Assembly: GCF_009914755.1 (NCBI RefSeq)
Contig: NC_060940.1
Origin: the human T2T-CHM13v2.0 reference genome, Homo sapiens
Strand: one strand, 5' to 3'
DNA: 64,000 nucleotides
The notes under the pieces were generated by a model. That model had not been told where the DNA came from and did not search any database. It worked only from the letters and a program-made list of their open reading frames with translations. Of this stretch, positions 34,060-50,056 are shown one piece after another. Position 1 is the first letter of the stretch. Every line of letters starts with the position of its first letter. The translations under genes were made by a program, and so were the position numbers.

Positions 34060-34385
34060 GACCAGACACGGTGGCTCATGCCTAGAATTCCAGCACTTTG
34101 GGAGGCCGAGGCAGGCAGATCACTTGAGCCCAGGAGTTTGAGACCAGCCTGGCCAATATGGTGAAACCCTGGTTGTCTCTACTAAAAACACAAAAATTAG
34201 GTGGGTGTGGTGGCGTGTACCTGTAGTCCCAGCTACCAGGGAGACTGAGGCAGGAGAATACTTGAACTTGGGAGGTAGATGTTGCAGTGAACTGAGATTG
34301 TACCACTGCACTCCAGCCTGGGCAACAGAGCGAGACTCTGTCTCAAAAAAAAAGAAAACAAACAAAAAAAAAGAAAACAAAACAA
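34060..34385 (+). mobile_element. Alu
   Basis: TSD agaaggcag(c/g)ag. Confidence 0.94.
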
Positions 34386-34547
34386 GAAAGAAGGCAGGAG
34401 AGGGAATGTTTTCCTCACCTCCTCTTGAGTCTCCTCAGCAGGGCTATGGCCTCCAGATTTCTCTGCTTTAGGAGAGTCAGCTAATCCTCCACCCTGGAGG
34501 GAGGACAGTTCATAAGGATCACTTAGTCTTCTCCTGATCTAATCCAG

Positions 34548-35378
34548 CTGGGTTAGTTTGCTACAACTGCTGTAACAAAGTCCCACAAGCTGGGTGGCTT
34601 ATGCAACAGAAATTCATTATCTCACAGTTCTGGAGACCAGATGTCCAAATCAAGGCATCAGCAGGATTGGTCTCCTCTGAGGGCTATAAGGGAAGAATCT
34701 ATTTCCAGGCTTCTCTCCTCATCATGTAGATTGCTGTTTTAGTCTGTTTGGGCTGCTATAACCAAATACTGTAGCCTGGATGGCTTATAAACAAAGCAAT
34801 TATTTCTTGTGGTTCTGGAGGCGGAGAAGTCCAAGATTGAGCCATGGGCAGATTCATTGTCTAATGAGGGCTTGCTTCCTGGCTTGAAGACAGCCACCTT
34901 CTTGCTGTGTCTTTGGACATGGCCTTTCCTTCATGGGTGCTTGTGGAGGGAAAGAAATACCTCTCTCCCTTGTCCTCTTCGTATAACGGCACGAATCCCA
35001 TCATGAGGGATTCACTTTCATGACCTCATCTAAACCTAATTATCTCAAAGACCTCACCTTCTAATACCATCAAACTGGGGATGCAGGCATCCAACTGTGT
35101 CCACATCTGAATTTGTGGGAGGAGGCACAAACATTCAGCTCATAACAATGGCCATATTCTCCTTGTCTCTTCACACTGTCTTCCCTCTGTGCAAGTCTGT
35201 TTCTGTTCAGATTTCCCCTTTTTATAAGGACACCAGTCTTATTGGTTTAGGATCCACCCTGATGACCTTGCTTTAACTTGATTACCTCTTTAAAGACCTG
35301 TCTGCAAATAAGGACACATTCTGAGGTGCCAGGGGTTAGAACTTTATATAAATTTGAACACAGTTCAACCTGTAACAC
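34548..35378 (-). mobile_element. MLT1-type LTR with a nested MLT1A/MST-type LTR (~34734-35147)
   Basis: Two MaLR ends (ctgctgtaacaaagt; ggctgctataaccaaata); inner TSD at(t/g)gc. Confidence 0.8.
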
Positions 35379-36069
35379 CAGTCACATGGGCATGCATCTC
35401 AAGTTTAATGATTTTTCCTAATAGTCCAGCTCCACCTGCATCTGACATCTTTCTCCAACAGGAAAATATTCCTCAATCAAACACAACCCTTCTCCTGTTA
35501 CAGTTTAAGCTAATCTTCCATTCTCCTGAAATAATAATATCCCCTGCCTTTATTTATTTATTTTGAACCTTAAGTTTTTGACTCTCCTCATAGCAGAACA
35601 ACCACTCCTCCTCCTCCAATTAAAGTATACAAAGTAAGGAAATTGAGAAGATAAATGGGGAGGGGAGGATATCCACATCATTCTTTTTAGTTCAGAATGA
35701 GAGCCAGTTGCTGTCAAGGACTGGAAAAGGAAGGTATGCTCATGGTTGTGGTTCAGAAGCCTGAGAGCTTTGGTTTAAAAATAGGTGAACTGAAATAAAC
35801 ACAGAGCTACTCAGATGGCACTGAAATAGAGTGGTAATTGATCTAATGCAACTTTTGCCTCGGATAACATCATTATTTGTGAAATTATGTCAGTGTTGCT
35901 ACTGCCAAGTCAGCAAGCACTTACAGGACGTGACTTCTAATTTAGGAATTGGACTATTTGTGGCACATCTTAGAAGACAGCAGGAACTCAGTGGACACCC
36001 GGTAGCCAGCCTTCTGAGAGCCTTGGTTTGAGCTTGAAATTCACAACGTTGAAGTGCCCAGGAGTGCCC

Positions 36070-36530
36070 TGTCTTGATGACCCTTCAAGGAAAAGACTTG
36101 CTGCCCAGCTCTAGAAAATGTGGTTTGCAGGTGGCTGTCGGCTGTCAGTTCCTTCATGGTCTTTCTCAGCTGCAAAGATTTGCTGCCCCAGGTCACGCCT
36201 TTCTTGGGGCAACCTCAGCCTGTGACTTAGTGAAACAGGGGTATAAACTAAGGCCTGGGTACTTTGGCCCCACTTGGGTCATTCTGATATAATCCAGTAC
36301 TTGCTCCAGAGCTCCCTGCCAGGTTTCACGAGGTTTTTCCTGTTATAAAATACAGTTACAGTCTCTCTTTCCCCAGATTTTCTGTCTTTTTCTAGAAAGG
36401 AGGCAACAACACCTTACATGACTTACTTATTCCCAAACTGCTTTATCCTTTTTTCCTAGGTATTATTCCCAAATAAACACTTGTACCCAGATTCTAATTC
36501 AATGTCTTCCAGAGGACCCAATCTGGGACA
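36070..36530 (+). mobile_element. ERVL LTR (LTR16-like)
   Basis: acttgctgcccagct...ccaggtcacgcctttcttggggca...aataaac...cagaggacccaatctgggaca. Confidence 0.65.
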
Positions 36531-36743
36531 GATGTCTAGGTAGTTTACAAAGTCACTGCACACTTCCTTTCTACCTGTCATGCTCCTGAAAGACAGGGGG
36601 TGACATTGTCTCTTCATGCCCTCATTGAGCTGGCTGTAGAATTCTTTTGTGGAATTTCAAGTGGAAGAATATTTTACATTATTTAAGAATATAATACCAG
36701 ATTTTCATTTATTTCACCTTTATGAAATGAGGTACATGTGTAA

Positions 36744-37099
<356 letters not shown>

Positions 37100-37493
37100 T
37101 CAGCCATTTCTTTATTCACTTTTTTTTTGCCCAATTGCAGTGTCCCAGACACTGTTCAAGGTATTGTGAATATTATGATGAAGGAGACAAAGATTCTCAG
37201 AGCTTACATTTTATGGGAGCAGACTGACAATACACAAGTAAATAAATACATTGGTGAGGAAGTACAGATGTAACTGTAGTAGGTTCATTGGCTGATGCAT
37301 GCAACAAGTCAATATGCTGAGACACTGGGTTGCAGCAGAGAAAGAGGTTTAATCATAGGGTCACTGAATGAGGAGATGGGAGGAAACCTTAAATCCATTT
37401 CCCTGAGAAGTTTGGGCTTAGGGTTTTTAAGGGTTTTGGAGTGGGCTGATGTGTGGAGATCACTGATTAGTGGAAAAGTGCAGGATGAAGTCA

Positions 37494-37772
<279 letters not shown>

Positions 37773-37776
37773 TTAA

Positions 37777-38153
<377 letters not shown>

Positions 38154-39075
38154 GCAAATCTATTCTTAAACAATCTCATGACGCTAATGTCAGAAATCCC
38201 TCTGTAGGAACAATGGGAATGCAAATGGTTAGTATCCAGTGCTACATGACTTTTAACAAAAACAAATTGAGTCAAAGTCCAGCCTGATTAATGCTTAATT
38301 ATAGCTACATTTATGTACAGAACCTGGCATGCAATGCTTGTCAACCCTGGGGGGACAGTTTCAGATACTAAAACCCGTGAAGAAAATAAAGTAGAGAGGA
38401 TAGTAGCTGTTGACTGGGGTATGCGAAGATTCGTTTGATCAAATGGTTAGGAGAGATGTTTGGAGAAGGTGACAGTAGTGTTGAAACCTGACAAAGAAGA
38501 TCCAGCCTTCTGCAGATACAATGTTACCTGTTGGAATCGAAAAGACCCGCAAGTTCTAGTCAAAGTTGAATTGAACCAATGGCATCATCTAATGGATGGA
38601 GATAACAACTTGTTCAGGCATGTTTGGAGTACCTGCTGTCACGCCAAGCTCTGTGCAGGGCCGTGGAAACCTAGCTAAGCCAGGAACATCCAAGAGTCTG
38701 AGCCATTCACAGGCTAAAGACAGAGCAGAGTGGAGCACCTCACCCCGGCACCTTGACTTAAACCGTGTGGTTCATGCATCTGTTCAGAGCTGTCGATCAA
38801 AAAATGTTCAGAGTTCTCTGTCCAGATGAGACCATTTATGTCTGTGTACCCCTAGAGGGGAGAGGCAAAAGCATTAGTTATTGTCTCTATTTTCCCAGAC
38901 TTCCTGTCTTTTTCCAGGTAGGAGGCAACAACCTCTTAAATGACTTGCCCGTTGGAAATGAGTGGTGTTGCTGAAGGCCCAGCTCAAATTCTCAGACTAT
39001 GTATGTGTGCAAGGAATGCTCATTACGCCCCATGAGCTGGTATTTCCGAGTCAAGATACAATGCATCTGGATAGC

Positions 39076-39358
39076 TTTTTTTTTTTTTTTTTTTTTGAGA
39101 CAGGGTCTTGTTCAGTTGCCCAGGCTGGAGCACAGTGACTCAATCATAGCTCACTGCAGCCTAGAATGCCAGACTCCCGAGTAGCTGGGACTACAGGCAC
39201 ACAACCACCATGCTTGGCTAATTTAAAAAAAATTTTTTTTTTACAGACAGGGTCTTGCTATGTTGCACAGGCTGGTCTCAAATTCCTGGGCTCAAATTAT
39301 CCTCTCATTTTGGCCTTCCAAAGTGCTGGGATTAAGGTGTGAGCCACTGCACCCAGCT
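39076..39358 (-). mobile_element. AluJ with deletion
   Basis: Reverse Alu. Confidence 0.9.
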
Positions 39359-39794
39359 GGTGTGACATTTCCTATCCAGCCACATATCTCATCCTATTTA
39401 TTCACTCCTCATACCTTCATCCTTTGCACCTGCTGTTCCCTCTCTGTGGTGCCTCTGTTTACCTGATGTACTCTTCATCATTCATAATCTGGATTAAGTG
39501 CCCCTTCTTCTGTATATGCCCCCACCCCCAAAACACAAAGAGCATTGATCACTCTCACCTCTAACCTGTGCTACAGATGGTACCTCATGCGCCTCCTTTT
39601 CTCTCAAATGGAGATATTGATAATACTTACCTCCTATGGTTGATCTAAGAGTTAAATGATATATATCAAGATTTTGGACCCACACCTGGTCAACTGTAAG
39701 CACTTAAGAAATGTATGCCAATAGAATTACATCTCTCAGTCTTGGTGCTTGAAATACTTACTAATAATATCTAACACTTACTGATCAGTTATTA

Positions 39795-40229
<435 letters not shown>

Positions 40230-40479
40230 TTACAGATGTTTCCATCTTTTTCTTCTCTGTTAGGCTGTCACCGTTTCGAGGGAAAAACTCACAATTCATT
40301 TAACTCTCTACCTCCAGTTGTTAGCATAGCGTTTTTGGGTCAATAAATATTTGGTAAGTGAGTGAAGGAATAAATAAAGTAATGAAGCAGAGAAAGTATC
40401 ATTGTTTAGGAGGTGAAGAAATGAGGACGACCCAGGGAAGAAATAGACTGAGGATAAAGGTGCAGCTTTTTCCAATCCA

Positions 40480-40975
40480 GAGTCCACATGGTTCTCTATT
40501 AAACCAGGGCTTCCCATACCTGGATATGCATAGGAATCACCTGGGAACCATGTGAAAATGCTGATTCTGAGCCAGGCACGGTGGCTCATGCCTATAGTCC
40601 CAGCACTGTGGGAGGCTGAGATGGGCAGATCACTTGAGGTCACGAGGTTGAGACCAGCCTGGCCAACGTGGTGAAACCTCGTCTCTACTAAAAATACAAA
40701 AAGTAGCTGGGCCTGGTGGTGCATGCCGATAGTCCCAGCTACTTGGGAGGCTGAGGCATGAGAATTGCTTGAACCCAGGAGCCGGAAGTTGCAGTGAGCT
40801 GAGATGGACTCCAGCCTGAGTGACAGAGTAAGACTCTGCCTCCAAAAAAAAAAAAAAAAAAAAAAAAGCAGATTCTGATCTAGTAGATCTAGGGTGAAAC
40901 CCAAGATACTGCATTTGTCATAATCTCTCATGTGACACAATTAGTCTGTGATCACACCTTGAGTAGCAAAGCACT
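40480..40975. mobile_element. MER5-type hAT element with nested Alu (40570-40866)
   Basis: gcataggaatcacctggga...gattctgatctagtagatctagggtg...cacaccttgagtagc. Confidence 0.7.
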
Positions 40976-41145
40976 AAGCTACTTGTGTCAGTTGGTTCTA
41001 TGCTTGCCAACATCAGAGGCCAACTCAGGCTCACTTAAGTAAAAAAAAAAAATTGAACTTACTAGGGTATGCATGGGGAAGCACCCAGAATCCAAGGAGA
41101 AGTACAGAACCCAGCCCCAGCAAGGACAGGAACTAAAGCACTTTG

Positions 41146-41544
41146 GGTTTTGGGTTTTTTTTTTTTTTTTTGACTTTATGAACATTTATTATAATTATTT
41201 TTTATTTACATAGGTTATTGGGGAACAGGTGGTATTTGGTTACATGAGTAAGTTTAGTGGTGGTTTGTGAGATTTTTGTGCACCCATCACCCAAGCAGTA
41301 TACACTGCACCCAATTTGTAGTCTTTTATCCCTCACCCTCTTCCCACCCTTTCCCCAAGTCCCCGAAGTCCACTGTGTCATTCTTATACCGTTGCATCCT
41401 CATAGCTTAGCTCCTACTTATGAGGGAGAACATACGATGTTTGGTTTTCCATTCCTGAGTTACTTCACTTAGAATAATAGTCTCCAATCTCATCTAGGTT
41501 GCTGCAAATGCCATTAATTCATTTATTTTTACGGCTGAGCAGTA
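41146..41544 (-). mobile_element. L1PB-type 3' end inserted in an MLT1 LTR
   Basis: ggttattggggaacaggtggtatttggttacatgagtaag; 18 bp TSD aggaa(c/t)taaagcactttg. Confidence 0.88.
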
Positions 41545-44229
41545 AGGAATTAAAGCACTTTGAACCCAAACAGGGAGGAGGGGGTCCCTTGCTGCGAATC
41601 CCACTGTCAGGAGAAATCAGCTCCAACTATGTACTGCCCTTAAATCACTCCATCCAAAGTTTACATTTCTGTGCGATGGTATCTAATTGACTCAGTATGA
41701 ATCACTTACCATCCAAGGCAAAGGAAGGGCAGAATGTTTTGATTGACATTCTCATTAAGACCATGTGCAATGAAGAATGGGCATTTTCTTGGAGAAAAAT
41801 GTTGGGGTTTTTATACTAAAAGAAAGGAGACATTAAGTTACCCTGCCCAAAGTCAGAGCCACCAGCTCTGGGGCAGATTTAAAGATGAATGTGAGACTTT
41901 TGGACACCCCTCCACCACCGACCCCAGCCTTCCTGAGATGGTCAGCTGGACCACTGAGCATCCCCAGTGACTTTGGCAGAGACTGATTCTAAGGTTGGAT
42001 GGGCCACAGAGATTGGGCTCAGAATGGAAACTGATCATCAAAGTGATCCTTAATTCTCGCATTAGATTTTTATCCAGACGTGGTGAGCAAAGTGGCTGTC
42101 CTACTCCTCTGGTTTATGTGGTAGGTCATAGGTGGCACAGTGCCTGCTTAGCAGGGATTTAAACAATCCCTTATCATCTTCTGGGCTTTCTTGTTTGATT
42201 TTTTTTTTTTTTTTAACTTTGTTCAATTCTCAGCAACTCGATTTTAAAGGTCATTATATTAACTGCAAAGATGAATCAAGGGATGAGGTCATTTCTCATC
42301 CAGGGAAACGCTTTAGTCTTGGATGCTGTCATCTTCATGCTCCATAGATGCTGATCTGGGCTTTAAAAAGACAATTCTATTTCAACATAGTATTCTTTGG
42401 GGGGAAAAAGACTGCCTTCCTTTCCAAAACTCAGCTTTGCCAACTCATCAAAGGAAGCCTTTGTATCCACATTTGTGTCCCTCATATCTGGGACAGCAGC
42501 TGCACACTCAAAAGTCCTACTCCAGCTGAAGGGAGTCGTGGACTTTATCGTAATCACCTTGTTGAAATATGTGGAATTGTATAGCAACAGCCAGGTTCTA
42601 TGTTGCCATAATTTATGACAAAGGCTCAAATAAATCCCCAGACATGGATTTTCTATAAAATCCTTCATTGTGAAACTTTGTTGCACTGCAAAAATGAAAA
42701 GAAGACGGAAAGAAGAGAAAGGAGGAAATGAAAAAGTCCGCAAGACGTATATAAACCTCTGAGGATGCCGTTTCCATTCATCACCTTTACTGTAAAGACA
42801 GGGATTTTATTTGGATGGAAAAGGAATGAATCATAGGGTTTTAGAATCTAATGCGAAGTTTGCTGGAAGCATTTTCCTCTGATCTTTCTGCTTCCTCAAG
42901 ATCATCTGAATATGGAGAGAGAATGAGTGCAAAGAATTCTATCAGCCACAGAAGGTTCTGTGCTGGGATGGGTATCAGAGGATGGAGAGAGATCTCTTTT
43001 TTTGTGACTTTTACCTGGGACGTTCATTGGCCTGTGAAGGTTTAGGGATACAATATAGTGACATCAGAAGCATGTGTTAGTGATTTAAATTATACAATAT
43101 GAGGTGAGCAGATGCAAGAACAAGAGAAAGAGAGAGTGGGGAGAGAGGGAGGGGATGAAGATGGAGAAGGAGGCAGGGGAAGGTGAGGACGAAAGTTTCC
43201 AATCATATAGTTTATTTCATCCACCCTCCCACTCATAGCCTGAGAAAATCTGATTCTAGAGATCCCTTCCTTTGCTCTTTTGTCCCTCATACTATGAGCA
43301 TCTACTCTTGCTAGGTGCCAGACAGCTGTTTTTATTCAGTATGATCCCTTAAACACAAATCAACCTCTTCATCAGATGCTCTTCCCAAAACACAGTGGTT
43401 TGTTCAAGATAGACGGAAAATGGACTGTGTTGGACACATTGAGAGACTATCTGCTTCTTCAAAGCATGGGTGACTTAAGAGGACTTTTAAGGAAAATTCT
43501 GACTATGCGATTGTTTCTTTATGTGATACCTCTAGAATCTAATTGCCTCTTAAAGTTACTCTCTACTGGGGTCCCTTCTGAGCAGTTAGGGGATGAAGGT
43601 TATGGTTAGGTCTAAATTTATTCATTCATTATTCACCAGATACACACGGAGAACCTCCTTTGTGCCAGGCATAGTGCTGAGCTAGGGCGAGATTACATGG
43701 TGCTTCAAAGAGAAGTTTCTCACTGATCTTTGCATGCAATCACAAAGTTTAAAGCTGGAAGAACCCTCAGAGGATATCATTTATCAAGAACAATGTTGAG
43801 CAACCTTTTATATGCAAGCACTGCTTTGGGGAAAATAAACATGTTTTACTCGCCACATTCTTTTGGCTCATTCATAGTGAAAACAGTTTTATTGAGTTCC
43901 TTGGCTGGGAGGGAGGACATTCTCAAAACCCAGCTCCCCTATTTGATGGAATAGAAGGCCATTGATTAAAAACTTAGCATTGCTTGTGGGCCACTAAAAT
44001 GCAAATATTGGGGTATCTTTGGGAAGTAGTTCCATGGAGGTAGTTTTCAGATTGTTCAATCTAAAATTAGGTGGTGGTCTGTGTCCCAAAGTTTAGGCAG
44101 AACACACGTGGCTCCCAGGCTGCTGGTGTTCATGGTGGAGGTAGTGAGTGGGAAGCTGTGCTTGGTTTCATTCTAGATCCTCTACAGCACAGTACAAAAT
44201 AATCCTTTTCTGGCTTAGGTATCTGTTTT

Positions 44230-44660
44230 ATTTAGAGCCCTTGTGGTTGCAAACTCTGAAAGAAAAATAAAATTGAAGGTACAAAGTCTCACAAGAATTC
44301 AAAAGCTGAGGTGTTAGCATTAGGCATGGCAGAATTCAGATGTTTAAGCCATGTCATTGGTACCCTACTTTTCCATTTACTCCATTCTGCTTTCCTCTCT
44401 GGTGGCTTCACTTCCAAGCCAGGTGTGCTCTGTGTGTGTGCATCCACCACCCAGCCAGCAGAGCCAGGCTTACACCCTCCCAAATTTAAGTCCAGTAGGA
44501 AAGAGTTGCTTCCCTCTAGGCCATGCTTGCTCCAGATTTGGAATTAGAGCTGATGGGCTCTGCCTAACCATGAATCCATCTCAATGGTCTGATTGGCCAC
44601 GATGGGTCCACTGGTCAAGGATAGGGCCAGACGAATGTAAGACATATGGATAGAGAGTGA
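44230..44660 (-). mobile_element. Old MLT1 (J/K-like) LTR
   Basis: ggttgcaa...ttaggcatggcagaattcagatg...ctgattggcc. Confidence 0.6.
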
Positions 44661-44724
44661 GGCTTACTGAATGAAGCCAGGTGATCCTGAAAATGCAAAG
44701 ACTCTTCATCATCTTTTCTATCTG

Positions 44725-44880
44725 GCCATTCATCCATCTGTGTGTTCGTCCATCCATCTGTGTGTTTGTCCATCCATCCATCCCCCGACCTATCTACCTA
44801 TCTATCCATTCATCCAATCATCCATCCATACATTCACCTATCTAGATATCTATCCATCCACCCAACCACCTAGCCACTCA
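44725..44880. repeat. Degenerate (CATC/TCCA)n tandem repeat
   Basis: Direct reading. Confidence 0.85.
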
Positions 44881-45627
44881 GATAACTAGCTAGCTAGTGA
44901 CTGCCTGCCTGCCCCTTTGTTGTAGAAAGCAATTATATGTTCAGAGCATGGCATATCTTAGGAGTTCTAAAACTCCTTTGTTAAAAGTAAATGAATAAAT
45001 GAATTTAGCCTTATTCTCAATTTATACACATTGTGAAAAGGTGAATCACAACAGCTAATGCCAGAGCTGGACTCTGCACCCAGTCCCCACAACTAAAGGT
45101 TTCTCAGGAAGATGTTGCTTCAACAGGTGGGGAATAGGAGATTGCTGGCAAGGCAGATGTATGTGAATTATTGCCTAAATGCAATGGCATTTTATGCAAG
45201 GGTATACTTATCTGTGGTTTCATTAACCAGTATTCATTTTCATCTCAGTATCATATCTATCTTTTCAGGAAATAAGTTTACTTTCACTATAAAGCTACAT
45301 CTCAGAAATGAATGCAAATAACAATTTTAATGTCAAAGCCAGGTCCATTTTTTATGGCTCTGTGCCCTAATCCATAAAGTTATTACCCAAACTATTGAAA
45401 TATGCCCCAAGGATCGGCGTCTTAATAAGGCTTTAGAAATTACCACAATATTTGTGGAGAGAATGAGGATGCAGGGCGTCTGAAACAGTTGCCATGAAAA
45501 ATGCTTAAGTAGAGGTCAACAAAGTTTGAAGGTGTGGGAATGGGCGGGGGAGTGGTCAAACGTGTCTTCACCTCCATCTTTAGTAATTTCTACATATATG
45601 TGATTTTTTTGGGTCACGTATAGCTGT

Positions 45628-45812
45628 TTTTTGTTTGTTTTTTGTTTTGTTTGTTTTTTGTTTTGTTTTTGTTTTTGTTTTTGAGAGGGAGTCTCGCTCT
45701 GTTGCCCAGGCTGGAGTGCAGTGGCGCAATCTCAGCTCACTGAAAGCTCTGCCTCCCGGGTTCACGCCATTCTCCTGCCTCAGCCTCCCGATTAGCTGAG
45801 ACTATAGGCGCC
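45628..45812 (-). mobile_element. AluY right arm (5'-truncated)
   Basis: aagctctgcctcccgggttcacgccattc; (TTTTTG)n tail. Confidence 0.92.
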
Positions 45813-46412
45813 AAGTTTAGATGTCTTATAAGCCCAAGACTATATGATAAATGCCTTATTTGAATTATAGCTGTGTTATTGTAGTGTTTTGTGCCCACCA
45901 GTTCTAAGATGTAGGTTCAGCCTAAAATTTCTGATTGACTATTTCCTTACATTGTAAAATAATGGGAGTTGGGACTCTTGGGTTCATTCATTTGCTCAAC
46001 AAATATTAATTAAGCATATACTATGTGCCAGGCACTGCTCTGAGATACAACAGTGAGCAAACCAGATACCAATCTTCTCCCTTATGAAGCTTAGACAGTG
46101 CAGTGCCAGGTTCTGCCATGAAGGAACGGTTAGTGCTTTGCATGCCATTTGCCTTCTGTGGGCATCTGTTTTCCTGTTTGTAATATAAGAGGCAAGGGGA
46201 CTCAACACCAACCAAACGAAAGGAACAACTTAAAAAACTAAGCTTGGCAAAAGGAAAAGTTACACAGGACAGGTAACCTATGTGCAAACACTGAGAAAGG
46301 TGTTTGGTTTAAGAGCAAGGATACTACTTGACACTAGTTGATCTGTGTGGCTCCCAAAGACAGGATGAGGACTGCTAGACACTGAGATCAACCATGTATA
46401 AGATGCTGAGGA

Positions 46413-46851
<439 letters not shown>

Positions 46852-48530
46852 CTAAAAACTCTTTAACATATGAGTGCAATTAACATTACTATCTTCCATC
46901 TCAGTACTGCACCATGACGACCTTGTGGCCTGCATGTTTGTGGCAATAGGATAAGAGAAAGAAGGGGGAGACCTCTTAACTACCTTGGCCAGAAAGTGAC
47001 ACCTATCATTTCTGCTTACAGTCCATTCACCAGAATGAGTCTCATGGCCCCAGACTAATATCCAGGAAGGCCAGGAAACATAAGTGAGAACATGAATATA
47101 AGGTAAGCACCATCTCTAAGATTTTGAAAATATGGAGAGACATAATAACACCTATTTCAGAGAGTTACTTTTAGAATTAAATAAGCTAATCCATTGTGTC
47201 ATCTAGTAACTTTTCTTTTTTTTAAACGAGCCTTTCTTTCATCCTCTTCCTCTTTTATTTGACTTCAAAGATCACCATATTATCTGGCTGGACCCATTGA
47301 AAAGATGCTCTATGGAGCCCCTAGGAGAAGTCACTGATGAAAGGGATTGATCTTATATGGACATATCCCCACACACTGATGCCTAAAATTCCACCATTAG
47401 AGGCACCTTCCTGCCACGTTTCACGTCTCTAGGCTTGGGGTAGGCAAGGGATGTGGAGGGTGGACATGGAAATTCCAGGTGGGAAGCTGTCAGTGACAAT
47501 TTCAGCCAGGCTGGCCCTAAGGAGGATGGAGGTTGCATAGCTCAGAAACCCACCACCCACGGGTTGCTGTTATATATGCAGTTAGAAAGGCTGTTTCCCC
47601 CCAGTGGAGCAACCTAGGTGCAGGCTGTCCATCTGAATCTGAAATGAATTCAATTTAGCTTCATGTAATTGCTTATTTGATTCCTGACGATGACATGCAG
47701 TTAGGAGGTAAATTGACATTCTGTCATTTCTGTTCCAATGAACTGAACTCCAACAAGTTCCCTCCTAGGTACTTTGTGGCAGCCAGGCCACCTGCTCTTC
47801 TTCTGAAGAGAAATTAGCGAGCACAGGGAGCTTGGAAATACAGCATCCCGAGCCTGGTGCCTTTTTTTGTTGTTGTTACGGTTGTGAGATGAATCACATA
47901 GTCAGACAGGGGTACGCCTGAACTTCCTTTTCCCCTGGTGAACACAATAAACGTCCTTTCAGAAAGCTCTCAGGATGACTTTCTGCTTTAGAAACATGAA
48001 TTTTCTCGCTTGTCATCCAAAGTTTATTTCTGTTCAAGGTCAATTTTGCAAAAAAAAATCAAACAATATAGGAGTCCGTTTTGAAAAAAGATTTCAAACA
48101 ATTTAGGAGACATCTCCAGCAAGTCATAAAAGACCTCACCCGTTCCAAGCACAGGAATAGGTGTTTGTTTTGTCGTGGCTACCCAGTGCCCTCTTTGGCC
48201 AAGCCTTTATATAACCACAGCATTCTGAATGGTGCCCACAAGGCTATGGGAAAAGGCAGTCCCTTCAAACAAAGGGGAGGCCAGCCAGGCAGACAGGACA
48301 GGGCTCGACAAGATGCTCAGAATGTGATTGAAGGGTGAGCAAGAACCTTGAATTTTATTGATTAAAGACACAAATTCTCAAGGGCATAAATAGAGGGCCC
48401 AGATGTCAATATCCACAGACACCAAGCCTTCTGTGTATACTGGACAGATGTCATTTACATGATCATGGTAAGAAGAATATGGTATTGTAAGTGATATGGT
48501 AAGAAACAATATGAATATTAAACCATGCAG

Positions 48531-49031
<501 letters not shown>

Positions 49032-49230
49032 GTAGAGAGCAAGGGGCCAAGCACGTGACAGTGTCCACTTAGGAGAAGTGATGTCGGCTGTGTTAGGAAA
49101 GACAGTTTCCGCTGGACTTGGGGGAAAGTTCATGCTGAGTTGAGAAAGGTGAAATATTCTCATTTAGAATCACAAATGTGATCACATTTCTTCTCTGTTT
49201 AAAATAATTCCACACTGTATGAAAAAATCA

Positions 49231-49548
49231 GGCCAAGCACAGTGGCTCACATCTGTGATCCCAGCAATTTTGGAGGCCGAGATGGGAGGATTGCTTGAGG
49301 CCAGGAGTTCAAGGTCAGCCTGGGCAACACAGTGAGACCCTATCTCTACAAAAAAAAAAAAAAAAAAAAAAAATTAGCCAGGCATGGTGTTGCATGCCTG
49401 TAGTGCCAGCTCCTTGGGAGGCTGAGGCAGAAGGATGGGTTGAGCGCAGGAGTTTGAGGCTGCAGTGAGCTATGAATGTGCCACTGCACTCCAGCCTTGG
49501 GGGCAGACCGAGACACTGTCTCTAAACAAAACAAAACAAAAAAAAAAC
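49231..49548 (+). mobile_element. AluJ
   Basis: J-type dimer with expanded A linker. Confidence 0.93.
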
Positions 49549-49657
49549 CATAAAAACCCATAACACCACCTTGTACCCTATAAATATATGCACCTATAAT
49601 TTCTCAATATATAATAAAAATGTATAAAAAAAGAAACAGGTTTTTATTTAACATTTA

Positions 49658-50056
<399 letters not shown>

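Noticed and set aside
40308-40940. Longest ORF (210 aa) and the many similar ORFs containing LECSG/SWDYR/GFHHVGQ
   Set aside because: Antisense Alu read-through.
42749-42757. TATA-like tatataaa
   Set aside because: Isolated motif with no other promoter evidence.
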